A stretch of DNA of 64,000 nucleotides, from assembly GCA_047495785.1 (NCBI GenBank), contig JBLDXI010000004.1:1426001-1490000 (forward strand). The letters are read 5' to 3'. Positions 11,036 to 22,336 of this stretch are shown here, one piece after another. The notes under the pieces were generated by a model. The model saw nothing but the letters and a program-made list of their open reading frames with translations. It did not search any database and was not told the DNA's origin. Source of the DNA: Lepidodermella squamata (taxonomy: Eukaryota; Animalia; Gastrotricha). The translations under genes and the position numbers were made by a program. The number at the start of each line of letters is the position of its first letter. Position 1 is the first letter of the stretch.

Positions 11036-14000
11036 CTAATGCGTGCCAGTCGTGAAAGCGGCGCAGTTGATTTCGACGATTCGCATTTCTTCAAAACTCA
11101 GAACCTTGTTGAACAAGTTCAGGCAAGCCAAACTGCCCAATAGCTGGTCTTGCTGGCCTGACCATGAGCTGTCAAATGGAAGTGAATGAACTATGCGTAG
11201 GAACTATAAAATGATATGCTGAAACTAACCGCCCTAGGCTGAATTCCCCGCTAGCCGTGAGAGGGCGCGAGCTTCCAACCAATACACCCTCCGTTTGGAT
11301 ATAGAACCGCAGCTCATTGTTGTTGGCATTGTACGTTATCGTCAGAAACTGCCATGCCATTGATGATGGTGCCTGGATCGATTGAGAATAAAAAGAACTA
11401 CCATACGGCCGAATTTGAAAGAATCCGCCACTTTTCTGTAGTTCAAGTCCTGGCATACCTCCATCTGGGGCGAATTCGAATATCGAGCCGATCGAGCCGT
11501 CTGGACTAGTGGCTAGTAGAGTGATGGTGAAACTGCCCGTGCTTAGCTTGACTTTATCAGCAACCACGGCTATTAGCTCGGTTGAATTGAAATAGAAGGC
11601 CGTGCTCGGTACGCCGAACGGTCCGGTGATTCGTGGAAGAGGCGTGTTTGGTGCCGTCGCATCGGCTCTGGACTCGACCACGTCATTGAAATCAGAAACC
11701 AGAGGCCATAGGGCAGTGTTCTCAGGTATGATAGCTCTTAAATTCTCAGGAGCCCAAGTTTGCCCAGCGTGGATTTGTAAGCATCGTCTTCGAAGTATCC
11801 ACAACTGCTGGATTGATAGGGCTTTGTTGTATATCGATAAGCAAGACGCAAAGAGCGGGGCTTCGGCGATGGAAATTGCCCCAATATTCATTTTAGTGCT
11901 AGTAACTGGCACCTCTCCGCTCACCGTGTAGGCGAGGTTGTCGCAAACTGCTGTCAGTTGATTGGATGCACGGTCGTAGATGACAGCAACAAAAATCCAA
12001 GCTGGGAATTGACTCAAAGTCGAACATTGAAATTGTTCGAACCCTGACTGGGAATCTGTGAAAACAATTTGGTGAACTCCTACAAAGGTTGGAATATTGC
12101 AAAAGAGCCAAAATTAGGACAAGTTTACCTTAGGGGGCATCCATAAAGGACGTCCGGCTTTCGAGGGGGGAGGGGGTCGACCAAAGTGTGACTCGCGACT
12201 GAGGGGGGAGGGGGGTCGGGCGAGGTCGGACACGCGACATTATCAAAAAATTTTATTTAGCAATGTGTTTTATTTAGCAGTCACACTCGACGGATTTGCA
12301 CCACCTGTTTCAATATCAAGTCAAAATTACCGTACTGCCCGAAAAAAAAGCCAGCCTCAAATAAATGGCAGCCTCAAATAAATGTCAGAGGTTAGAGGTC
12401 GTTCGAGATAATAAATGTCAGGCCCGAAATAAATGTCAGGTCAATTGCAGGGAATATACTGAAGATCACTAATGAGGTCATTATAGCCATTCTGAATGGA
12501 GATAATTTCTACTCTTGGCTTATAGAAAGGTCAGGGACCAATTTTTGGGTAAAAATACGTAGATTCTCAGGAAAATATATGCCATTTTGGTACCCAGGCA
12601 AGTTACTAGTTGGTTCGAATAAATAAATGTCAGGCCCGAAATAAATGTCAGTCCCTTTTAAATGTCAGGGGTTCATCAGCGTTTGAAAAAAACAAATGTC
12701 ATGGTTTTTGTTCCGGGCAGTACGGTAGCCAATTTTCACCACTACTTAGAACTGTAAGTAGTACGAGGACACTGTTAAGTCGGTTTTAATCGTGTTTAGC
12801 AGCGGTATCGTCCTCGTTATAACCCACGCTCATTAAATTTTAGGTCAGGTGCAAGCTGCTGCTATTGACAATTTCAAATTAGTTTAATTTTGACGTCCCT
12901 ATTATTGTCACTCATGGCGCCATTTTCCACCTAAAAGTTCGCGAGCGCCGTTCAACTCGATAGTAATTTACCGCCGTTCTCGGTCTAGCTACGCGGTTCT
13001 ACCTACACCTGAGCGTGTGTAACTTTGGGTCACACAATGAAAACAATGAAAAAGAACAAGCGAAAAATAGCGTATTTTTTGTCACAAACAGGGGGGGGGG
13101 GTGAACCAGTTTGTGACATGCGAAAGAAGGGGAGCTCGGTAGATGTGACATCAAGGGGGGGGAGGGGGGTTGAAAAATACCATTTTGAACCGGACGTCCT
13201 TTATGGATGCCCCCTTAGTATACAAACAACATTAAGACTACTTTCGAACCCTAGCGTAAACATGAGGTTACCCAAGGTCATAACTTGACCATCCACAGTC
13301 CGAACAATTTGGTTACAATTTGTATCGTGTTTAAAGCTTAGGTAACAAAGGACATGAGCAAGCTCCAAAAGTGTCTTGGATGATCGTCTTTAAATCAGAG
13401 CTTTCATGGCAATTTTCATAATTAGGCCACTCGCGATCGAAGCGAGCCTTAGCTGACGGTTTTTCCGATTTTGAGTCCGAGAAAATGGGCCGAAAATGCA
13501 TAATTTCTTAAAGCTAAACGCATATCTGCTCTTCAAATTTCAGGAGGATATGGCTGAGAGAAACGCTGAGAGGATATTCAGAGAAACGCTGGCTTACCCG
13601 TGAATATGAGAAGCGTGTTGTTGGAAGATGCGTAAAAAATGCGAAATAATAATGCATCATCGTAAAACACAATGATCGGCGATAGAACGGTAGTTGCGTG
13701 ATAGAAGCCAGCATAAATCGAAATTGTGAAAGACGATTGGCTGAGATCCAGTTTGCTACTCTTGATTACCAGATAGCCGGAAGAACCCCCTATAGCAAGC
13801 CCAGTTTTTTCGAATGCGAACGGGCCAGATAGGAAAAGAGTAGCAGCATACGCATTTATACCATTGACGCCATTCCCGCTAATATCGTTCAGGTCATAAG
13901 TACTAGTCAACGGTAAATAAGCCAAATCATTCGGCAGCCCAAAAGGCATCTCTGAAAATGACAGCCTATGATTTCAAGTGCGAACATGCGACCAACTCAC

Positions 14001-17000
14001 GTTGCTCGCATAACTCCAAGGCGCTGAACAATAAACCATTAGATACCTATGCGATCAGCGATCAGTTTACGATGACAGGAAGATTTAAAATGCTTCTCAC
14101 GTAATTTTCAGGGCAGCTCTTATCAGAGGAAACACATTGATATAGCATCAGCAGTTGATTCGTGCACAAGATGTACTGTATATAGAAAATCAAAACATCA
14201 TCGTTAAGGTTCAGCTTGAAAGCAAGTCTTATAAAATTGATAGATCAAGTAGTACATCTGTAACTCTGTTCTCATAAAATTGTAAAAATTTCAAGAATTT
14301 GCGAAAATTTGAATTATGCAAAGAACAAGTGTCGAAGTTGTGTGTTCTTCAATATGTTTGATTGTTAATTTGAAATTGTTTGATTGTTTGATAAATACCG
14401 AATTGGAAGGACATTATGCAGGGATATAACAGACCTAAATAATTACCGTATATTACCAGAATCCATCATTGCCTCTATAAAACCTACCACGAAGTTTTCA
14501 CTTACGAATGATGCTCTGCAGGTGGCATAATTTTCGGAATATGTCCCAGTGGCGAAAACAGTTGTCTGAAAATGCCGAACTTGATAACGAAAAATGTGAA
14601 CAACGACAAACCGTGAGCTCTCCTTGCGGGCAACTGGGCGAATCCTGGCATGTTCTCGCAACGGCGCATCGATAGGCACTCTGAAAGACTGGATAATAAA
14701 AATGACGCGTGAAAGTGATCATCCATACCGCATTATTGCATGCAATCTCAGACGTATAAGTGACGCCTCCAACCTAATGAAAACGTTGAAGCACAGCCAA
14801 GCAGCGCAACGCTTTAACTAACGGAAATTGATGGGCTGGTACAAGATTGGAAACAGCCAGTGTAGGATTTGTCGCCAGCGTTGTAACAATGCACGTGAAT
14901 GGTTGCTGGTAACATCAAAAAGTCAGAGTCAGCAATCGAGGTTGAATATCAAAGACAAACTTATTTTGCAGATTGCGAACGAGTCAAAGCTAGCACCATC
15001 CAGGCTTGTGGTCTGAAAAGTAAAAAGTAATATTATCCAAATCGGAATTCTGTTGAGAGAAACGTACAGTAGATACTGGGCAGTCCGCGCTGATTGGGAC
15101 GCATACAGCGAGCGTATTCGAGTTCGGCCGGAAGCAACGTTTATGCTTCCCCTTGAGTAAAATTAAGGAGCTTAAAATAATCCGTGACGTCGATGGAAAT
15201 TGTATACCTGAGTTGCAGCAAGGCAGGTTTGGAAGCTGTTAACAAACGCCGTAGAACTTGATCCGACGATTCCAACCTACAACATTTTTTAGTTTAACAT
15301 AAAACAAGGATAAGACTAATGCTAATGCGGGGCATCACGTCATATTTCCCGGCGCCGCTCGGGCACGATTCAAGGCAACTGCCACCGCTTGAAGCATCGT
15401 AACACATTCTGATAGGCTGATAGGAAACTTTTCAGTCATGGCTTGATAATTGATGAAATAAGACTAAACCCCTGTTTCGCAAGCAGTTTTCGTCGTGAAG
15501 ATCGTTAGGCTTTGGAACTGTTTTCGGAAATAAAATATTCAGATGTCAAATAAAAAATGGGATCCTACAACGGATTCATCGCATGGCATCGGAGCGGGCT
15601 TGCATCCAGAAAAGGTTGACCCAGTTGGACCAAAACAACGTCGATGAGGAAAATAGGACCTTGGGGCTGTAATAGACACGATTAGACTCTGAAATATTGA
15701 TGTTAATTCGTCAACGAGCCAGATTCGCATTCGCCAAGGTTGTTGAATGTGACGCCAGTCGAAAATTGGCTTGTGCTACCAGCCGGGCAGGTTTGAGAGC
15801 CATCAGAAGGGATGCATTTAACTAGTTTGTAGATTTGCATATTCAGGCAAAATCGATGAGGTTTCTAAACGATGCATTTATTTTCATGTTATCAGGTGAT
15901 GAAAGTACCATGTAATTCGCTAGATAACCCAGGCACTGAGCGTAATTCGACTCGAAATCGTTCATGTCGCTGAAAGTCGCCATCTGAAGAAGAGTAACGG
16001 ATACAGAATCGACAATGCAATTAAAATAGCTCACCAGACTCATTGGCGATCGGCAAATGCTGCGGCAAACGAAGGTCGATGTGGATTTGCATAGCGTAGC
16101 AGGCTTCGGGAATGTAAAAGGGAATGAGCTATTTTCCCTAAAAAAAACCTCATCAAAATACCCCAGCAGAGCAATGTTTCTTATCAATGTAGATTCCACC
16201 GCTAAAAATCTTGAAACGAAATGATTATACTCTCAAATGTCCAATGTCTGAAAGCACTGAACCTGTGTTTGTGTGGTCGCGTTACATCCCGGTGTAGCTA
16301 ATCGGCAGCCAGCGAATGAGCGATCCGAGTTTGAGAAACACCGAACATGAGGCGAGTAGTCTGAACTCCTGACGGCTAAATTAATTCAAAATAGGTAATA
16401 TGTTCAACCAAATTGCGAGTTTTGAATTTTGAATCTTGTTTAATTAACATTCACTGCAATTATCATTATCTTCAATTGTCAATATTTTCTTGGAAATTGT
16501 TGAGAAAATTAAATGGTAACCAAAATGTCATTCTTCAATTTTAATGGATAATCTCGCAGCCGTAAAACATTTTTTGAGCGTCCAATATTTCTTCGATTAT
16601 TATTATTTGAATTTCAGAGTCTTTCGATAATAACGATAACAGTTCCAGTTTAGTTTCGCTTTTCTACTATTAGGGTGTAGGAATTTTGAATGCTGAAATA
16701 TAGGCGCGATTTAACCGTTTGAATTTTAGACTTCGTGGACTCAAACTGAATGAGTTTGATACGAACCTTGAATTTGCCTCAAACACTCGTTCAAGCTGGA
16801 TATCAGGCCCGATTCGCGCTGACACGAAACAGAAAAATCATTAACAATGTAAATTGCTGGAAATCTCACCCAGCCTGGCGGGCAATTGCAGTCGATAGGC
16901 ACGCAAGACATCGTTGAATTGACCCAGCATTTTCTCGCTGGTTTTTCCTGTGGAGCATTAAGAGGAAAAAACCAAGAGAAAATGGCCAAAAATACCATGT

Positions 17001-17494
17001 AGGACCGAGTAATGTTAATGCAGGTAGCATAACGCGGTTCGAACTTAAAACCCACAAATTCTAGATGCTATGAAATAAATGAAAAAATAAGATAATAATT
17101 TAATTATCGAAAAATACCGGAATTTCGTCCTTCGAACAAGGCACGAATTTAGGCAGACATCTCAGCGTGAACTGCTTCGGGCTGAAACAGCTATGTAACA
17201 ACGCCGGCTGAAATAAGAAATAACGTCAAGATATGATGAGATTCTTCAAATCGACTTACACTTTTCTTACATCCCGCATAATCGGGATATGTTGGGCCAA
17301 GAAGCTTTTCGTGATAAATGTTTCAAAGCTTTTGGGTGTTGGGGCAGCATAAATCTCACCTGAGTTTCTTCGAATAGAGAGCAATCGCCTTTGCAATCTA
17401 TGAAATCGTCGTTCCATCGCGATATACATCGCTTGTAGCAGTCAACGCCGCTAAAAGCGAAGACTAAGATTAAACTGGCCGTTATTAAATTCAT
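11036..17494 (-). CDS. Paralog B1: signal peptide + 12 four-Cys repeats (4 triplets) + 2 LamG/pentraxin-like domains
   Basis: About 26 exons, from MNLITASLILVFAFSGVDCYKRCISRWND to ..CAAFTTGTH* at 11036. C-terminal exons have Laminin_G_3-like motifs (DISGNG, FTISIY/FTITLL, WQFLTITY, LRFYI, FSLG, GSLACLNLFNKVL). One donor (~15719) is GC. Confidence 0.8.
12133..13214. mobile_element. PIF/Harbinger-type MITE in B1 intron
   Basis: TIR GGGGGCATCCATAAAGGACGTCCGG; 3-bp TSD TTA. Confidence 0.85.
12330..12725. mobile_element. Tc1/mariner-type MITE nested in the PIF MITE
   Basis: TIR CCGTACTGCCCG flanked by TA; internal AAATAAATGTCAG repeats. Confidence 0.7.
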
Positions 17495-18739
17495 CTATTC
17501 AATTGTGAGTGGAAAAACCAAATGAATAAAGAAGAAAAATGATAGCTCGGCTTCGGTTATTGTCCACCGCCGTCATTAGTGGTGAAACGTGGCGTTTCGA
17601 ACTCGCTCGTGCGAAATCACACAAAAACTGATGATGAAATTTTCCCATTTACTGCCGTTTTTTTTTGTGACGCTGTTTTGTCAAGTTCAAGGTCAACGAG
17701 AAGCAGACAATTTAACCGGACTGAACTAAAATAAAATAATAAGCGAAATGTGACTCTTTATCAATAGACAATTCTCCTACAAATAAATAGAATCGATGGA
17801 GAGCATTATTCGGCGACTGGTCGTTTCCAGTTAAAAAATGTCAGACCCGAGGACAAATCTTCGATAGCATACACAGCACGCGTTAATGCTGTTGAGTGGT
17901 CTCCATGAGGACCGCTCAAAAATGAGAATTTCCCGAAGTCTAATAAAATGAATATAAGGTCTTTTGGCATATAGATGCTAAGGACTTACTTAGGTCAAAC
18001 GCTAATCATTACATTTGGCATTCTCACACGTACGATGCGATGTACGGGGGGAATGAGGGGTATCGTGCCCCCCAGTTCGGCAGCCCTAGGTAGCAACCAC
18101 CAAAAGGACCTTAGGCCACAATTCAAGGAGTTCCTAGTTCTGCTCATACGAGTTTTTGGCCACTTTGTGCATTTTATGCGCGAGATATTCTGGTATCTGG
18201 TACGAAGAATCAAATGTGACCAAGAACGAGTTGCTAGCTGCAGTGTGCGACTTTCAGAGGGGGGGGGGGGGGGGGGGTGGGGGGATCATCCCCCCCCCCC
18301 AGCTCGACCGGGCTGGACAGCAAAATGAGAATCTATCCCACTGTTTCGTTAATTTTGAGAGGTTGTGGAGCTTGCTTTAGAGGAAAATCTTCAACATTTT
18401 CTCGCTTCGCTCGGTTATTCGCCGAAATGACCGAAATGACTAGTCATTTTGAGAAATACAGCAAAAAAAGTTTCCATCCCCGGCAGCTCCGGGATCGAAG
18501 ATCGCACCCTGGCTAGCTGTCCCGGCTGTGGAGTTTTTACGTGCGCAAGGTGGGGCCAGTTTAGCTCCGCAGGCCAACTGCTATATGAAACTTGATGCAG
18601 TTTTTGCACGGTGATAATATCGCTTCACTTTTATTCATTATATTATTACAAGATCGGGCCCGAATATTCAATATTCACATGTGATTTGTACTCTTCATTT
18701 CGCAACATTCATCCCACAGCTCTCAGAAACTAATCCTTT

Positions 18740-21174
18740 ACGCGTAACTCGCGCGGATCGGGACGCAGACAGCCAACGAATTTGTGTTGATATTAACACA
18801 GCGTTTATGCTTTCCCTGTAAATAAACGATATGAAAATAATCAGGGACAGTCATGCATTTTTTCTACGTTAATCGCAGCTAGGCAGGTTTGGAAATTGCT
18901 ATCAAGAGGAGTGCTGCTAGTTCCGACAAATCCCAGCTGTAAAATAACGGAAAACAATAATGAAGAATAGGCGTAAAAGTTGGATATTACGTAATATTTT
19001 CCGGCACGATTCAAGGCAGCTACCACCGTTCGAAGCATCATAACACATTCTGATAAACTGAAGCTTTTTTGACGCTTTTTTGTAGATGGTGAGATGTATA
19101 GAATAATGCCCAACCCCTGTTTCGCAAGCAGTTTTCGTCGCGAAGATCGTTTGGCTGGGGGTCTGTTTCACGAAAATACTCAAATTTAACTGGGAATTAT
19201 TAAAATAGAAGATCTAACATCAGTCCCGTCGCATGGCAACTGAGCAGTCCTGCATCCGGAGAATGTGGACCCGTTCGGACCAAAACAGCGGCGATGAGGG
19301 AAATAGGATTGCGAGGCTGTAAAAATCCCGAATAAACCCGAAATTTACAATATTTTTTAACCAACCATATTCGCAATCCCCACGGTTGGCGAATGTGACA
19401 CTGCTGGAAAATTGGCTAGTGCTACCAGCCGGACAGGTTTGTGTGCCATCAGTAGGGATGCACTTAACTAGAGCGTAGGTTTCCGAATTGAGGCAGGGTT
19501 GGTGAGGTTTCTAGACAGAAAGTTTCCCTAAAAACATTGATTGATCTTGACCATTTATTCAATTACCATATATGCCGCGAGATAGCTCAGGCATTGAGCG
19601 TAGTTCGTCCCAAAATCGTTCGCGTCGTTGAAAGTCGCCACCTGAAAAAGAGTAACGGTAACAAAATCGACTAGGGACATTGTGGGTGGTGTTTAGCATA
19701 GTGAACTCAGAGATGAAGATGTAGATTCCACTTACTGAAAGCCTGAAAACGAAATGATTGAACTCAAATACGAATGGTCCAACAACTATTGAACCTGTGT
19801 CAGCGTGGTATCGTTGCAACCCGGTGTAGCTAATCGGCAGCCAGCGAATGAGCGGCTCGGGGTCGAAAAACACCGAACATGAGGCGAGAAGTCTGAATTC
19901 CTGACGGCTGAAAAAATAAAAAGAAATAAACAATTCAGACGTCCAACGTTACTTAACCCCAATTCATCTCTCGATTTTGCTACTCGCATTCGATGCTTCA
20001 TGAGTTTCGAGTCACTATTTACTTTACGTTACAAGCATAAAACAATTCTGAACATGAAAGTCGATATTTTGGAGTGTCTGAGTACCGAATGTTGCAGCAT
20101 CGGATCGTTTAGCATTTTTGAGTTGATGTAATTAAATTCGATACTTAAGGCTAGATTCCCTAAATTAAATTTCAGATGTCGTCGTTTCAAGATTTTATAC
20201 AAACCTTTAATTTTTCTCAGGCACTTATTCAAGCTAGATATCGGACTCTGCCGCTGAAATAATGGGGAAAAATATGATTATTATTATTTATAAGTTATAG
20301 TCTCACCCAGCCAAGCGGACATGTGCTGTCAATGGGGACGCAAGTCATCGTCGAATTCATCGAACATTTCATCGCCGGATTTGCCAATAAAAGAGATAGT
20401 GAAATTAACATTTAAATGGAATCTTCAAATCGTAAATAGTACCATGTAGGGCTGAATTTGTTTGATGCAGTCATTGTAGCTCGGCCCCAGACGAAAATCA
20501 GTAGACCGAGAGCTCAGTAGATCGTACGTAGATCCAAAAGGCAAAATATTCGTCTGAAATAGCTGTTTTTCTGACCTATTGTCGATCTATTAGACTGGAT
20601 CTACGGGCATCAATCCTGTGTAGGTCCAAATTTTACCACTGGATCTATGTAGGGTCGAACCCATACGATCTATCCCAGTGTCAAATTTAGATCCACCCAT
20701 GGTCTACTTTTTTTCGACTGGGGCTTAAATGCCAAACCTGTGAAATCTCGGTGCTGTGAAAATCATTCGAAAAAAAATAAAATATATCCATGCTTTATTG
20801 AGGAAGGTACCGGAATTTCGTCATTCGAACAAGACGCGAATTGCGGCAGGCGAATTGCAAACGTGAACTGTTTAGTGTTATAACAGCTATGAGCCCACTG
20901 AGAATAGGTAATCGGTCAAACAGAAAAATAGTTTCGTTAAATCGACTTACGCCTTGCTTACAGCCTGCATAATCAGGAAATACTGGTCCAAGCTATTCGC
21001 GAGAATGAGTTTCAAAGCTGTAGAGCCAATTTTTACCTGAGTTTCTTCGAATAGAGAGCATTCGCCTTTGCAATCTATGAATTTGTCGTTCCATCGCGAT
21101 ATGCATCGCTTGTAGCAATTGCCGCCGCTAAAAGCCAATGCTAGGATTAAACTGGCTGTTAATTGTAAATTCAT
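18740..21174 (-). pseudogene. Paralog B2 pseudogene
   Basis: Exons homologous to B1 exons 1-16. Exon 4 is split by a MITE, exons 8-9 are largely deleted, exon 14 has a frameshifting deletion, exon 16 has indels, and no LamG exons follow. Confidence 0.8.
20486..20722. mobile_element. CCCAG-ended MITE (animal EnSpm/CACTA-like) inside B2 exon 4
   Basis: TIR CCCAG(A/T)CGAAAA..AGTAGACC; 2-bp TSD GC. Removing it restores HRDFTGLAFKPSYNDCIKQIQPYM. Confidence 0.75.
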
Positions 21175-22336
21175 CTGTAGATGCTTCAGTGGAAAAGCGA
21201 ATGATTTTCATAATTTTCACGTTTTGTTATTCGTTAATTTTTGTCCACCGCGGCGTTTCGGACTCGCGTGTGCAATCTCAAAAAGAAACTGATGATGTCA
21301 TGCCCGACTGAGATTGGTCAGCTGACTTTTTCAAGTTCAAAATGGCGCAGACAATTTCATTTTCGGGTTAAACGCGAACTGAAATGGAGTAATAACCGAA
21401 ATAACCCTTATCAATGGAATTTTTCGAATGAATTGAAACGTTTTGGAGGCGGAGCTTAGAGTTTTAACGATATATGATGGTTTTAGTATCCTCGATTTTT
21501 TGATTGGAGATTGGATGAAGATACTAAATAACATATAACCAATCATCCAACTCAGCGAATTAATTTTTTAATTTGTTTCTTCGAAGATTTGATGTGGAGT
21601 TAATAATATGTTGACTTGAAATTAGATTTTGTAGCAATTGGGCATTTTGACGTATTTATGAACGCGTGGTATTTTTGGAATCGCGTGCGCCAGGCGATTA
21701 ATCGATGCTAAGAAAGACGATTTTGGGGCGGGCGCCAGGATTGAAATTCGATTCTACTCAATCGCGATTGGCAAAAATCGGAGCGCATCACTACAGTGCA
21801 TATTGATAGCGGTTGTTTCGAAACATCAGAAAAAGGGAAGGAATCTCACGTGATCCTGCGAGGAAACCATACAGGCCAGCTGCTCTATTGGCCACCATAC
21901 AAACCAAATTTTCCATCGCCAATTTGCACCCACCTGCATAAAAGCCGATGTCCTGTGAGTATCACAGCTGCCTCGAATTCGGCTCTGCGTTTAAGCTCGA
22001 TTAACAAAATGTGATTGATCTTGTGTTATTTTTATTCTCATGTTATTCGTTGCACCATCAAGTGAGTCATCAATGGAGCTCTGTGATTAAATTCGATATA
22101 GATCTTTATTTGAGGTTTGAGGCAATGATATACGGTAATTTATTCACAAAATTGGTGAAACACTAACAATTTTGGTCTTTTTGTGCTTCTTCCGCTGGCG
22201 TGACTATAGTTCTCAGAGCTAAAATAACTGATTTCCGAGACTAATGCTCTATTGTTAAATTCAACCCTGAATCGCAATCACGCTAAACGAAATTAGGAAG
22301 AGTTTGAAGAGAAATAATGAATCCTGTCGATCTCGC

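Noticed and set aside
14447-14475. Possible extra micro-exon in B1 (ag..gtaat)
   Set aside because: It would shift the frame between phase-0 exons and has no counterpart in B4.
17975-18330. Short ORFs, including a GGNEGYRAP kinase-like peptide and G/C homopolymer runs
   Set aside because: Stops occur nearby and there are no supporting motifs; probably repeat-derived.
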